DNA of 64,000 nt from Bacteroidales bacterium (GTDB taxonomy: Bacteria; Bacteroidota; Bacteroidia; Bacteroidales; UBA932): contig SUYV01000003.1 of NCBI GenBank assembly GCA_015060255.1, forward strand, positions 6,590 to 70,589. Reading direction: 5' to 3'. Position numbers and translations under genes: made by a program. The notes below the pieces were generated by a model. The model was not told the origin of the DNA. It made no database searches and was given only the letters and a program-made list of their open reading frames with translations. Shown in pieces: positions 9,660-20,249 of the stretch (its first letter is position 1; each line of letters opens with the position of its first letter).

Positions 9660-10773
9660 TCCCAACTATCTTATATACTTCTTCTGCAATGGTCATTGCG
9701 GCGTCTGTCTTTGCCAGGGTCGCCACGTTTCTTTCGATCTGCGCTATCTTTTCCTTGTCGTTCAGCAGGCTGCATGCGGTAGCCATGAGCTTTTCATCCG
9801 CCTCGCTGTCCTTCACTATCATGCCGGCATCCTTTCTTACCAGTGCCATCGCATTATGCGTCTGGTGGTCCTCCGTCACGTTCGGAGATGGTACGAATAT
9901 GGCGGCCTTATGGGCAGCGCACATTTCTGAGATCGAGCTGGCGCCTGAACGGGAGATTATCACATCCGCTGCGGCATATGCCAGATCCATCCTCTTTATG
10001 AAGTCTGAATATTGTATCGCTTCAAGGTTTCTGTCTTTCATGAACTCATCGACAGACGGCTTGTAATATTTGCCGCACTGCCATATGACCTCGATTCCTT
10101 CTCCTCCAGGACAGCCTTCGCTTATCCATTTCTTCATTGCGTTGTTCAGCGTGCCGCTTCCGAGGCTTCCACCTACGATGAGAAGATGTCTGGTGTCGGG
10201 TTTCAGGCCGTAGAATCTGCAGGCTTCTTCGCGCATCTTTTCGTCAGCCGGCACGATTTCCTTACGTATAGGATTGCCGCTGAGCACGATCTTGTCGGCC
10301 GGGAAGAATCTTTCCATTCCTTCGTATGCAACGCAGATGCATCCTGCTTTCTTGCCGAGAATCTTGTTGGTCAGTCCGGCGAATCCGTTCTGCTCCTGGA
10401 TCAGGGTCGGAACTCCCATCCTGCCCGCTGCCCAAAGGAGCGGTGCGCTGGCATATCCTCCTACTCCTATCGCGATGTCCGGCTTGAACTCCTTTATGAG
10501 CTTTTTGGCCATGCTAACGCTCTTGACTACCTTGAAGGGGAGGGCGAGGTTAGCAAGGGACAGGCTTCTGCGGAGTCCGGTTATAGGCAGTCCGACAATC
10601 TTGTATCCGGCTGCAGGGACCTTCTCCATCTCCATTCTTCCCTCTGCTCCCACAAAGAGAATCTCGGTCTCCGGATTCAGCTCCTTCAGCTTGCCGGCAA
10701 TCGACAATGCCGGGAATATGTGTCCTCCAGTGCCGCCGCCACTGATGATAGCGCGTATTTTCCTATATTTCAT
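9643..10773 (-). CDS. murG: MurG glycosyltransferase
   Basis: GGGTGGHIFP, GGYAS, QEQN, GGSLG and HQTHNA. Confidence 0.96.
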   Translation of the reverse strand: MKYRKIRAIISGGGTGGHIFPALSIAGKLKELNPETEILFVGAEGRMEMEKVPAAGYKIVGLPITGLRRSLSLANLALPFKVVKSVSMAKKLIKEFKPDIAIGVGGYASAPLLWAAGRMGVPTLIQEQNGFAGLTNKILGKKAGCICVAYEGMERFFPADKIVLSGNPIRKEIVPADEKMREEACRFYGLKPDTRHLLIVGGSLGSGTLNNAMKKWISEGCPGGEGIEVIWQCGKYYKPSVDEFMKDRNLEAIQYSDFIKRMDLAYAAADVIISRSGASSISEMCAAHKAAIFVPSPNVTEDHQTHNAMALVRKDAGMIVKDSEADEKLMATACSLLNDKEKIAQIERNVATLAKTDAAMTIAEEVYKIVGNEDIQ

Positions 10774-10783
10774 ATCAAATCTC

Positions 10784-12163
10784 CTATTCCTTAACCTTTT
10801 CGGCTGCTACCATGTTCGCCTCGATGTCGTTTCTTGAGTTTTCGGTCAGTTCCTCTGCACTCTGGATCTTCTTTCTTGCCTTTCGGCTTATGCACAGTAT
10901 TATTCCGAATGCTACGCAGAATACCAGGAAGGCGCTGGCTCCGTGACTGATCAGAGGCAGGGTCTGTCCTGTCATCGGACCGATGTCTACATTCACCATT
11001 ATATGCATGAATGCCTGTCCTGTGATCAGTATGGCAAGAGATCCTACGGCCAGTCTTGCGAAATGATCGTCACTCATCCTTGAGATTATCACGCTTCTTG
11101 CGAGCAGACTTATGTACAGGATGAGGACCAATATTCCTCCGGCCATTCCATATTCCTCGATGATGAAGCTGTACATGTAGTCTCCGTAGATGTTCTCTAC
11201 CTTGTATTTCTGTGTGCTGTTTCCGATGCCTTTCCCAAGCAGTCTTCCTTCGTGAACCGCTATCTTGGCTGAAACAGGTTGCCTCAGTGTGTCAAGCATA
11301 TTGTAGAACTTGTCCCCGCTGAGTCCTTCAAGCCTGTCCATGTCGTATTCTACCTTCATTCGGCTGATGATGGTTCCAGCTCTCTTCATCAACTGTCCGT
11401 CGCTTATCTTATATATGGCTAGCATGCTTCCCAGACCTGCCACTCCGATAAGTCCGGCAATTGCGAGTTCCTTGAACGGAACGCCTCCGATGAACATTGC
11501 GGCTATCATGATGGCTCCCACGAAAATCGCACTGGATCCGCTGCCGGGGAAGATGAGCAGACATATGATTATGGATGGCAGATAGACATACAATATCCTT
11601 TTCCAGAGCGTCTTCTTCAGGAAAGCAAGTGAAGGATGAGTGCCCAGCCAGTTTGCGAAGCTCAATGTGTCGCTCTTCCGACCTTCTTTCATTGCCGCTT
11701 TGTCCTCGTCTATTGCTGTCATCGCCCAGGACAGATACAGCACCATTGCCACCTTCACTACTTCAAAGACGTGTATCTGGTATCCTGCTACAATGAAGTT
11801 TCTGAGTGCTCCGTTGATTGTCTGCGTCTTGATGAATCCCAAGTCTATCCTGCAGAGGAGCATGACGAGCATGACGAACGAAAGCAGGAAGCCCCATTGT
11901 GACAGTTTCTTTATCCATTTTATGTTGAAATGGTATAGGATAAACATTACAGCGATACCGAGGAATACCACGATTCCGTGATCCTTCATCGTGGCAAGTC
12001 TGCTGCTCTGTGCAGGCAGCAGAGGCGTCGATGAGAATATGGCCAGGAAAGAAATGAGTATCAGAAGGAGAATGATGATGAGTATCACCTTGTCTCCTTC
12101 CAGATTCAGCATCCTTTGCCATATGCTGTTGATTCTGCTGTTATCTCTGTCGCTGCTCTCCAT
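10784..12163 (-). CDS. ftsW: SEDS peptidoglycan polymerase FtsW
   Basis: Multi-TM protein with GKGIGNS, DYMYSFIIEEYG and TGQTLPLISHG. Confidence 0.9.
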   Translation of the reverse strand: MESSDRDNSRINSIWQRMLNLEGDKVILIIILLLILISFLAIFSSTPLLPAQSSRLATMKDHGIVVFLGIAVMFILYHFNIKWIKKLSQWGFLLSFVMLVMLLCRIDLGFIKTQTINGALRNFIVAGYQIHVFEVVKVAMVLYLSWAMTAIDEDKAAMKEGRKSDTLSFANWLGTHPSLAFLKKTLWKRILYVYLPSIIICLLIFPGSGSSAIFVGAIMIAAMFIGGVPFKELAIAGLIGVAGLGSMLAIYKISDGQLMKRAGTIISRMKVEYDMDRLEGLSGDKFYNMLDTLRQPVSAKIAVHEGRLLGKGIGNSTQKYKVENIYGDYMYSFIIEEYGMAGGILVLILYISLLARSVIISRMSDDHFARLAVGSLAILITGQAFMHIMVNVDIGPMTGQTLPLISHGASAFLVFCVAFGIILCISRKARKKIQSAEELTENSRNDIEANMVAAEKVKE

Positions 12164-12166
12164 ATT

Positions 12167-13501
12167 CTATAGATTCCTTACGGCTTCCTTGAACTGTCTT
12201 CCCCTGTCTTCGTAGTTCTTGAACAGGTCGAAACTTGCGCAGCAAGGAGAGAGGAGTACGACATCTCCGCTCTGTGCCAGCTGGCTTGCAAGCTTTACAG
12301 CATCCTTGGCTGATGTTACGTCATGTATTTCAGATACGACACCTTCGAATGATTCATGGAACTTCTTGTTGTCAAGTCCCATGCATATCATTGCCTTCAC
12401 CTTTTCCTTTGCGAGAGGGATCAGGCTTGAGTAGTCGTTTCCTTTGTCTGTTCCTCCTACGATCCATACGACAGGTCTTGTCTGACATTCAAGAGCATAC
12501 CATGCCGAGTCCACGTTCGTGGCTTTGGAATCGTTGATGTAAAGTACGTCTCTGATGCTGAGAACCTTTTCAAGTCTGTGCTCTACTGCCTGGAAGGTGG
12601 CCAGACCGTTACGGATCGCCTCGTTGTCGATGTCCATGACCTTGGCTGCGATTGCGGCTGCCATCGAGTTGTATACATTATGCTTTCCTCCGAGAGCAAG
12701 CTCCTGAAGGTACATGTCGCATTCTTCGTCCTTATAGCGGACAATCATCTTGTCTTCCTTGACGAATGCTCCCTGCTTTACCTCCTCCTTCTGTGAGAAC
12801 GGAAGCTTCTGGGCCTTCATCATGATCTGGTCGAGATGCCTGATGGTGATCTCATCGTCAGAGCAGAAGATGAAGCAGTCGTCACTTGACATGTTGCGTG
12901 TGATGCGGAACTTCGACCTTACATAGTTCTCCATCTTGTAGTCGTATCTGTCAAGGTGGTCAGGAGTGATGTTTGTTATGATGGCTATGTCTGCCTTGAA
13001 ATCATAGACATTGTCAAGCTGGAAGCTGCTGAGTTCCAGTACATAGATGTCGTGATGCTCTGTAGCTACCTGGTATGCGTAGCTTTTGCCGATGTTTCCA
13101 CCAAGTCCTACGTTCATGCCTGCGTTCTTGAGCAGGTGATAGATAAGTGATGTGGTGGTAGTCTTTCCGTTGCTTCCCGTGATGCATACCTTCTTTGCAG
13201 AGTCATATCTTCCTGCAAACTCTATCTCTGAGATCACACCGATTCCACCCTCCATGATCTTCTTCACCATAGGGGCTGTAGCCGGTATGCCCGGACTCTT
13301 GATGACCTCGTCCGCGTTCATGATGAGTTCTTCGGAATGCTTGCCCTGCTCGTATGGAATGTTCCACTCGTCGAGCACAGCAGTGTATTTCTCCGATATC
13401 TTGCCCATATCGGAGAGGAAGACGTCGAAACCTTTTACCTTTGCGAGGACTGCAGAGCCTACACCGCTCTCACCTCCGCCTAATACGACTACTCTTGACA
13501 T
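12167..13501 (-). CDS. murD: UDP-MurNAc-L-Ala--D-glutamate ligase
   Basis: GSNGKTTT, ELSSFQL, NDSKATN and SPCCASFD. Confidence 0.96.
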   Translation of the reverse strand: MSRVVVLGGGESGVGSAVLAKVKGFDVFLSDMGKISEKYTAVLDEWNIPYEQGKHSEELIMNADEVIKSPGIPATAPMVKKIMEGGIGVISEIEFAGRYDSAKKVCITGSNGKTTTTSLIYHLLKNAGMNVGLGGNIGKSYAYQVATEHHDIYVLELSSFQLDNVYDFKADIAIITNITPDHLDRYDYKMENYVRSKFRITRNMSSDDCFIFCSDDEITIRHLDQIMMKAQKLPFSQKEEVKQGAFVKEDKMIVRYKDEECDMYLQELALGGKHNVYNSMAAAIAAKVMDIDNEAIRNGLATFQAVEHRLEKVLSIRDVLYINDSKATNVDSAWYALECQTRPVVWIVGGTDKGNDYSSLIPLAKEKVKAMICMGLDNKKFHESFEGVVSEIHDVTSAKDAVKLASQLAQSGDVVLLSPCCASFDLFKNYEDRGRQFKEAVRNL

Positions 13502-13504
13502 ATT

Positions 13505-14779
13505 CTATCTGACCTTAAGTAACGCTATTGTGATGACTGCGAGGATCATCCCCACAATCCAGAACCTTGTGACTATCTTTGCTTCAGGAAGTGCCTTTGC
13601 CGGACTCTTGATCAATGCTGGTATGCCTTCCTTCTGGTAATGGTGGTGGAGAGGGGCCATCTTGAATATCCTTCTTCCTTCACCATATCTCTTCTTTGTG
13701 TATTTGAAGTAGAACCTCTGCATGAGAACCGATACGCTTTCTGCGAAGAATACACCGCAGAGTATAGGTATGAGCAGTTCCTTTCTGATAAGGACCGCAG
13801 TCACTCCTATTATACCTCCGAGCATCAGGCTGCCGGTGTCACCCATGAACACCTGTGCAGGATATGTGTTGTACCACAGGAATCCGATGAGAGCTCCTAC
13901 CAGTGCCGACATGAATACCGCAAGTTCTCCGCTGCCCGGGATGTACATTATGTTGAGGTAATCCGAATTCACGATATTGCCTCCAAGCCATGCGAATATT
14001 CCAAGCACGACTCCGACTATAGCGGATGTGCCGGCAGCAAGACCGTCCATTCCATCTGTGAGGTTCACGCCGTTTGAACATGCGGTGATCACGATGATGA
14101 TCATCAGCACGTATATCGCCCATTTGCAGTACCAGCCCAATGTGCCTTTGAATGGCGAGAGGTACTTGTAGTCGAACTCATGGCTCTTGACAAACGGGAT
14201 GGTGGTCTTTGTGCTCTTGATGATGTCCTGCTTCTCCATCTGTACCTCGGCGATGCCTGTGCTGTCTGCCGATATTCCGATGCTCTCGGATGTCTGTACA
14301 TCTTCCCTGACCGTTATCTGGTCGCTGAAGCATACTGCGAGTCCGATTGCCAGCGCCATCATACCCTGAGCGATCAGCTTTCCTTTTTCGCTCATGCCTT
14401 CCTTGTTCTTCTTGAAGACTTTGATATAGTCATCTGCAAATCCTATGAGGAAGAACCATACAGTGCTGACAAGCAGCAGGATCGTGTAGATGTTGGTCAG
14501 GTCCGCAAAGCAAAGCACGGGTATGATGACAGATATGAAGATGATGATTCCACCCATCGTAGGGGTGCCTTTCTTCTGCATCTGTCCTTCCAGACCGAGA
14601 TTGCGTATTGTTTCTCCGATCTGCTTCTTCTGAAGCCATGCGATGATCTTCTTTCCGGCAAATATGGATATGAGCAGCGCTGTGGTAAACGCTGCTATGG
14701 CTCTGAATGACAGATACTGGAACAGACCCTGTCCCGGTATGTCAAACTCTTTCAGATGTTCGAACAGATGATATATCAT
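13505..14779 (-). CDS. mraY: Phospho-MurNAc-pentapeptide transferase
   Basis: KKGTPTMGG, DDYIK, NLTDGMDGL, FMGDTGS and MAPLHHH. Confidence 0.96.
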   Translation of the reverse strand: MIYHLFEHLKEFDIPGQGLFQYLSFRAIAAFTTALLISIFAGKKIIAWLQKKQIGETIRNLGLEGQMQKKGTPTMGGIIIFISVIIPVLCFADLTNIYTILLLVSTVWFFLIGFADDYIKVFKKNKEGMSEKGKLIAQGMMALAIGLAVCFSDQITVREDVQTSESIGISADSTGIAEVQMEKQDIIKSTKTTIPFVKSHEFDYKYLSPFKGTLGWYCKWAIYVLMIIIVITACSNGVNLTDGMDGLAAGTSAIVGVVLGIFAWLGGNIVNSDYLNIMYIPGSGELAVFMSALVGALIGFLWYNTYPAQVFMGDTGSLMLGGIIGVTAVLIRKELLIPILCGVFFAESVSVLMQRFYFKYTKKRYGEGRRIFKMAPLHHHYQKEGIPALIKSPAKALPEAKIVTRFWIVGMILAVITIALLKVR

Positions 14780-16236
14780 AATGCTTTTACTATCTCTTTT
14801 TCGTCAAAATGAACTTTTTCTTTTCCTATTATCTGGTAGGTTTCATGTCCCTTTCCTGCGAGGAGTATGGTGGCTCCCTCGGATGCGATCATCACGGCTG
14901 TCCTGATTGCCTGTTCCCTGTCTTCTATGAAGAGAGACCGTGCCTTTCCGCTGGTATCCATTCCGGATCTGATGTCGGCCATGATGTCCGCAGTGTTTTC
15001 GCTTCTGCTGTTGTCTGAGGTTACGACTATCTTGTCCGCATACTTCTGTGCGATCAGTCCCATTTCAGGCCTCTTGGTCTTGTCGCGGTCTCCGCCGCAG
15101 CCGAAGAGGCAGATGATTTCTCTGTCCGGAGCAATTTCCCTGAGTGTCTTGAGGACGTTCTCCAGGGCATCCGGCGTATGTGCGTAATCAATGATGATCG
15201 ATGTGTCCTTAGGTCCCTTCAGATTCTCCAGCCTTCCCGGTGCAGGCATCAGGGTGCTGATGGCGGTGAGAACTTCTTCGGGGTCAGCACCGAGAGTAAC
15301 GGCGGTCGTGTAGATTGCCAGAAGATTGTAGGCGTTATGCATTCCTATCAGTCTGCTCCAGCACTCTCTTCCGTCAAATTTCAGCAACATTCCGTCAAAG
15401 CTCTGTTCCATGACCCTGCATGTGTGGTCAGCAATGCTTCTGCAGGAATATGTCACGGTCTGTGCCTTTGTGTTCTGCAGCATCACCATTCCGTTCCTGT
15501 CGTCTATGTTTGTTATTGCATATGCGTCAGCAGGCAATGTGTCGAAGAACAGCTTCTTGCATCTGAGGTATTCTGCGAATGTCTTGTGGTAGTCCAGATG
15601 GTCGTGAGTCAGGTTGGAGAAGATTCCTGCCTTGAATCTGAGACCTGAAACCCTTTCCTGTTCTACGCCGATCGAACTAACTTCCATGAAGCAGTATTCG
15701 CAACCGGCATTCACCATTTCCTTGAGCAGTGAGTTGATTGTCAGCGGATCCGATGTGGTGTTTACCGCTTCCTGTCCCTTTGTACCGACATAATTGGCTA
15801 TGGTGGACAGCAGACCGCAGTTGTATCCCAGAGCCATGAACATTCTGTAGAGCAGAGTCACGGTGGTAGTCTTTCCATTCGTTCCGGTAATGCCGACAAG
15901 CGTCAGCTTTTCAGACGGATTGCCATAGAAGTTGGATGCCATCACTGCCAATGAGTGTCTTGACGATTCCGTTTTTATCAGCGTGATGCCCTCGGTGTCG
16001 GTTGAAGCTAGCTGGAACTTTGCCGCCTGCTCATCTTCATAGACGATGGCACGCGCTCCGAGACCGATGGCTCTCGATATGTATTCGTGCCCGTCTGTCG
16101 CAAAGCCTTTGACCGCGACGAAGACAGATCCTCTGACTACCTTTCGGGAGTCATTGCATATGGCATCGATCTCTACTGCGCTGTCGCCTTTGACGATGAC
16201 TGCGCCGCTGTTCCTTAATATCTTGTCAAGTCTCAT
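14776..16236 (-). CDS. murE: UDP-MurNAc-tripeptide synthetase (meso-DAP-type motif DNSR)
   Basis: GTNGKTT, MEVSS, DHLDYH, DYAHTPD, GCGGDRD and AGKGHE. Confidence 0.95.
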   Translation of the reverse strand: MRLDKILRNSGAVIVKGDSAVEIDAICNDSRKVVRGSVFVAVKGFATDGHEYISRAIGLGARAIVYEDEQAAKFQLASTDTEGITLIKTESSRHSLAVMASNFYGNPSEKLTLVGITGTNGKTTTVTLLYRMFMALGYNCGLLSTIANYVGTKGQEAVNTTSDPLTINSLLKEMVNAGCEYCFMEVSSIGVEQERVSGLRFKAGIFSNLTHDHLDYHKTFAEYLRCKKLFFDTLPADAYAITNIDDRNGMVMLQNTKAQTVTYSCRSIADHTCRVMEQSFDGMLLKFDGRECWSRLIGMHNAYNLLAIYTTAVTLGADPEEVLTAISTLMPAPGRLENLKGPKDTSIIIDYAHTPDALENVLKTLREIAPDREIICLFGCGGDRDKTKRPEMGLIAQKYADKIVVTSDNSRSENTADIMADIRSGMDTSGKARSLFIEDREQAIRTAVMIASEGATILLAGKGHETYQIIGKEKVHFDEKEIVKAL

Positions 16237-18356
16237 TTGAGTACCAGTCTAATAGTTCCTTTACCGTTTCCTTTTACCAGTGTCTGGCTCGCAACGTGGC
16301 CGGTGCCGCTGTATTCGCATTTGTAGCCACTGTTTTCCACTGCGTATATCGCATCCTTGAGTCCGTATCCCCTTACATCAGGAACCGGTGCTCCGGCACT
16401 GCGGTCTATGTGTATGTTCCTTGATTCCATTTCAGGAACCCTGCCTTCCGCCTCGATATCTTCGCTCCACTCTGTCTCGTATGCCCATAGCTCATCCACT
16501 ATATCCTTGAATGTGCCTGCAGGGACATCTCCGCCGTATGCGTTCACTCCCATGCCGAGCTTGTGGGTATATGTCACCACTATCGCCGTGTATTTCGGAT
16601 TGTCGGCCGGAAAAAATCCGACAAATGTTCCCTGATGCTTCTTTCTGCCCTGCGCATCCTCATATGGATTGCTGCTTCCAGGCCTTTCCTCCGGGAGAAG
16701 GTACATTCTTGCTGTACCCGTCTTTCCGGCAACCGTGCACTTGGCATTCCTCAGCTTCTTTGCGGTACCCTCGAGCGTAACCTGTGTCAATGCCCTTGTC
16801 AGGGTGTCTGCCGTAGCTTTTGAACAGATGGAGTTCAGTAGGGTAGGACCGTATTCCTGCTCGACCATGCCATCCTTCTCGGTGCTCTCCACGATGTATG
16901 GCTTCATCATCTTTCCGTCATTTGCTATGGCATTGTAGAAGGTTGCCACCTGCAGTGGCGTTACCTTCACCGAGTATCCGATTGCTGAAGAAACCAGATG
17001 GGTTTCGCGCCAGCTCTTTTCGTGAGGATCCGGTATGCTTGGCTTGCCGCTTCCTCTTTCGGTCAGCTCGAAGTCAAAGTTTGCACCCATGTTATATGAG
17101 TGAAGCCTGCTGGTGAACTCCTCCGGTCTGTCACCGTAAATGTCTTTCACAAGACGGCGGAACACATAGTTGGAAGATATCTGGAATCCATACAGTACAG
17201 ATACCATGTTTCTTCCTGTATTCCTTTCGTATGTCAGTATGTAGTCGTCCTGCGGAACCTCCCTGATGCTGTATTCGCTCATTATTCCGTGGTTGGTCGG
17301 AATCTCTTTGTCCAAGGTGACCTTCCCGTCTTCAAGAAGCGTTGTAAGCGTGACAGCCTTGAATACCGATCCGGGCTCTCCTGGGCGTCCTGCTGCCATA
17401 TTGAAGCTTTCGCAGAAGCGTCCCAGGCTGTCCTTGTGCAGGTTTACCATAGCACGCACGGCTCCTGTCTCCACATCCATTATGACTACACATCCGCTTT
17501 CGATCACTTCAGACCTTGACATGTTCTTCCTGAGGGCCTTGTCGGCAATGTCCTGGATGTTTATGTCGATGGTGGTACGTACGTCACATCCGTCTTCTGC
17601 TGCAGTCGAGGTGCTGTCTACGTCCTTTATCCATTTGAACTTGTCAGTGCGGCGTTCCCACGCCTGGCCTTCCTTGCCGTGCAGCATATAATGGAACTTT
17701 CCTTCTATGCCTATGTGTATTGCACTGGTGTCGTCGTTGTTCTTTACATATCCGATGACACGTCTTGCGAGACTTCCATACGGATACAGTCTTTTGTCTT
17801 CTTCCACTACGATAAGTCCGCCTTTGTGTGCTGGTTCGTTGAAGAGAGGCAGTTCCTTCAGTTCAAGCAGCTTGCCGTGGTCAATCTTCGATGCCATGCT
17901 GACATACTTTCTCTTGTTGGCGCGGCCATGCTTTATCCTCTGCATATAGTAGGCGGAGTCCCTGCCTTCTTCCCTGAGGACTTCTGCCAGTCCTTTTGAA
18001 AGCAGCTCGGCTTTCTCCATCCATTCCTTCTCGTCCTTCAGACCGCTCTTCTTGTTGCTGTCATTCGCCTCCTTCTGGACGTAGCAGTCCATGTATATGT
18101 TATATAGCGGAGTCGATATGGCCAGAAGCTTTCCGTTGTGGTCGATGATGGAGCCGCGTCTAGGCTCTATGATCTCCATCTGCTTTGACGGCTGGAAATG
18201 CCTGATGAACTTCTGGTTCGGCTCCCATATCCACTGGATGTAGAATATCCTTCCGATGACTATGATCGAAATCAGGAGGAAGAATATATGAAAGAACATC
18301 AGAACCCTGCTGGGTCTGCGTTTTTCCTTTTCTTCTATGTTTCCCGTCTTTGCCAT
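16233..18356 (-). CDS. ftsI: Class B penicillin-binding protein (FtsI) with C-terminal PASTA-like domain
   Basis: RGSIID, RLYPYG, SxxK (EPGSVFK), SSN and KTG motifs. Confidence 0.92.
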   Translation of the reverse strand: MAKTGNIEEKEKRRPSRVLMFFHIFFLLISIIVIGRIFYIQWIWEPNQKFIRHFQPSKQMEIIEPRRGSIIDHNGKLLAISTPLYNIYMDCYVQKEANDSNKKSGLKDEKEWMEKAELLSKGLAEVLREEGRDSAYYMQRIKHGRANKRKYVSMASKIDHGKLLELKELPLFNEPAHKGGLIVVEEDKRLYPYGSLARRVIGYVKNNDDTSAIHIGIEGKFHYMLHGKEGQAWERRTDKFKWIKDVDSTSTAAEDGCDVRTTIDINIQDIADKALRKNMSRSEVIESGCVVIMDVETGAVRAMVNLHKDSLGRFCESFNMAAGRPGEPGSVFKAVTLTTLLEDGKVTLDKEIPTNHGIMSEYSIREVPQDDYILTYERNTGRNMVSVLYGFQISSNYVFRRLVKDIYGDRPEEFTSRLHSYNMGANFDFELTERGSGKPSIPDPHEKSWRETHLVSSAIGYSVKVTPLQVATFYNAIANDGKMMKPYIVESTEKDGMVEQEYGPTLLNSICSKATADTLTRALTQVTLEGTAKKLRNAKCTVAGKTGTARMYLLPEERPGSSNPYEDAQGRKKHQGTFVGFFPADNPKYTAIVVTYTHKLGMGVNAYGGDVPAGTFKDIVDELWAYETEWSEDIEAEGRVPEMESRNIHIDRSAGAPVPDVRGYGLKDAIYAVENSGYKCEYSGTGHVASQTLVKGNGKGTIRLVLK

Positions 18357-18365
18357 GGACTTCCT

Positions 18366-18713
18366 TTATTCTACATTTATTCTTTCTGCCGGCTTTACAG
18401 GTGCCGTAACCTTGGAACCTCCTTCCTCAAGCATCTTTTCAACGGTGCTGATCCTTCCGAGCTTCACGAACTCATAAGTCTTCTGAGCGTGGTAGACCTT
18501 GTAGTCTTCAAGGATAGCCTTGTTGGCCTCGACCTTCACCATTGTCTGTTCGATCTTATAGTTGAGGAAGATGTTTATAAGACCGAGCATGAACAGGAAC
18601 ATGATGTACGGAAGCAGGCGGTCCACCCTTAGGAGCAACAAGATGTCTCCGCTCAGGATGGATCTGATGACAGTCTTCATTGTCATTTTTTCCTGTGTAC
18701 CTTCCTTGTTCAT
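18366..18713 (-). CDS. FtsL-like cell division protein
   Basis: Small TM plus coiled-coil protein between rsmH and ftsI. Confidence 0.75.
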   Translation of the reverse strand: MNKEGTQEKMTMKTVIRSILSGDILLLLRVDRLLPYIMFLFMLGLINIFLNYKIEQTMVKVEANKAILEDYKVYHAQKTYEFVKLGRISTVEKMLEEGGSKVTAPVKPAERINVE

Positions 18714-18718
18714 GTCTG

Positions 18719-19624
18719 TCAAATCTTTTCTGCGATTCTAAGTTTGGCACTTCGTGCCCTGGTGTTGGCTGCAATCTCGCTCTCCTCAGGAAGTATAGGC
18801 TTCCTGTTGACCGCCTTCAGCGGCGCGCTTGCATTTCCATAGAAATCTTTCTCGACCTTGCCCTCGATGTTTCCGGCCTTGATGAAGTTCTTGACCATCC
18901 TGTCCTCGAGGGAGTGGTAGGTTATGACAACCAGCTTTCCTCCCGGTTTCAGGGATCTGGCAGCTCCGGTCAGGAACTTCTCGAGCGATTTCATCTCCTG
19001 GTTCACTTCAATCCTCAGTGCCTGATAAACCTTTGCCAGGAACTTGTGCTCTGCAAATTTCGGCAGTGCGTTTTCGATGGCCTTGCCGAGGTCACTCGTT
19101 GTGGCAATCGGTGCAGATTCGCGTGCCTTGCAGATGAGCTGGGCAATCTTCCTGCTGTTGTCGACTTCTCCGTATAGTCTGAGTATCTTTTCGAGATCCT
19201 CGTAGCTGTATGAGTTGACGATGTCTGCGGCGGTCGTCGTGGCTTCCTGGTTCATCCTCATGTCCAGCGGGGCTTCATAACGGAATGAAAAGCCTCTTTC
19301 AGCTGTGTCGAATTGGTGTGATGACACTCCGAGGTCTGCAAGTACTCCGTCTATTCCGCCTTTATATCCCTGATGCAGCACATGGTTGTGAATCCATCGG
19401 AAATCACTCCTGATGAGCGTCAGGCGAGAGTCGTCGGGCTTGTTTGCTATTGCATCAGAGTCTCGATCGAAAGCGAGCACACGCCCATTGATTGATAAGC
19501 GTGAAAGTATTTCGGACGTGTGCCCGCCTCCTCCGAATGTAGCGTCAGCGTAGACACCATCAGCGGAGTCTACAAGTGCGGATACGCTCTCGTCTAATAA
19601 AACTGAAGTATGATATTCTGACAT
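18719..19624 (-). CDS. rsmH: 16S rRNA m4C1402 methyltransferase
   Basis: DATFGGGGH, DLGVSS, PLDMRM, QALRIEVN, YHSLEDR and RARSAKLR. Confidence 0.97.
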   Translation of the reverse strand: MSEYHTSVLLDESVSALVDSADGVYADATFGGGGHTSEILSRLSINGRVLAFDRDSDAIANKPDDSRLTLIRSDFRWIHNHVLHQGYKGGIDGVLADLGVSSHQFDTAERGFSFRYEAPLDMRMNQEATTTAADIVNSYSYEDLEKILRLYGEVDNSRKIAQLICKARESAPIATTSDLGKAIENALPKFAEHKFLAKVYQALRIEVNQEMKSLEKFLTGAARSLKPGGKLVVITYHSLEDRMVKNFIKAGNIEGKVEKDFYGNASAPLKAVNRKPILPEESEIAANTRARSAKLRIAEKI

Positions 19625-19640
19625 TCCCGGTCCTCCGTGT

Positions 19641-20096
19641 CTAGATTGTTTCTGACAATGAACCGGCTATAGAAATGAAATCTTCGTTGGAAATGATGCT
19701 GGACTCGTAATTTTCCTTGGCCCAGATCTCGATCTTGTAATCGTTGCCGGAGAAGACGACTTCCTTAGTCACGCCGATCATTTCAAGAAGTTTCTTTGGG
19801 ATGGAGATGCGGCCAAGTTTTGCATCAGGCTCCACTATGGCGCAATTATGCATGTATGCTCTCCAGAATTTAGCGTGCTTTTCGTTGAAAGCCGGGTTGA
19901 GTCTTGAGAGGACCTTCTCCGACTGGCGTTCCCACTCCGAATAGGTGTACATTTCGAGGCAGTCACTGAAGTTTTCCTTCCTGATGACGAATCTCATGTC
20001 ACCTTCGGCGGGCATGATGCCTTTGAAGGCGGCAGGGAAAATAAGTCTTCCCTTGTCGTCTACCTTGACATTATATTCGCCGATGAATCTGACCAT
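19641..20096 (-). CDS. mraZ: Transcriptional regulator MraZ
   Basis: DDKGRL and LGRISIP repeats, IEIW; first gene of the dcw cluster. Confidence 0.92.
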   Translation of the reverse strand: MVRFIGEYNVKVDDKGRLIFPAAFKGIMPAEGDMRFVIRKENFSDCLEMYTYSEWERQSEKVLSRLNPAFNEKHAKFWRAYMHNCAIVEPDAKLGRISIPKKLLEMIGVTKEVVFSGNDYKIEIWAKENYESSIISNEDFISIAGSLSETI

Positions 20097-20120
20097 AATT
20101 ACTTTTCACGCTAATCGACA

Positions 20121-20172
20121 CAAAGGTATGTATAATTTTCCATTTTCTTCCATTTTCTTCCAAAATTTTCCA
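20121..20172 (-). promoter_or_regulatory. dcw promoter (-7 TACCTTTG at 20121-20128) with four MraZ-box-like TGGAA repeats at 10-bp period
   Basis: TTCCA at 20138, 20148, 20158 and 20168 on the + strand; resembles the TGGGN/GTGG MraZ operators described in other bacteria. Confidence 0.7.
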
Positions 20173-20249
20173 CATTTTTTTCAACAAGACTTTCGGACTA
20201 TATAATTTTAGTGTACTTTTGCATCAGATAAAGAATTACAGAGCCGTTT

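Noticed and set aside
10012-10794. Long antisense ORFs (also 23271-24032, 42959-43813, 55779-56501, 6236-6859 and others)
   Set aside because: They are shadows of well-supported genes on the opposite strand, have no recognisable motifs, and are expected from codon bias.
4782-20096. dcw cluster lacking murF and ddl
   Set aside because: This is normal for Bacteroidota, where these genes usually lie elsewhere.
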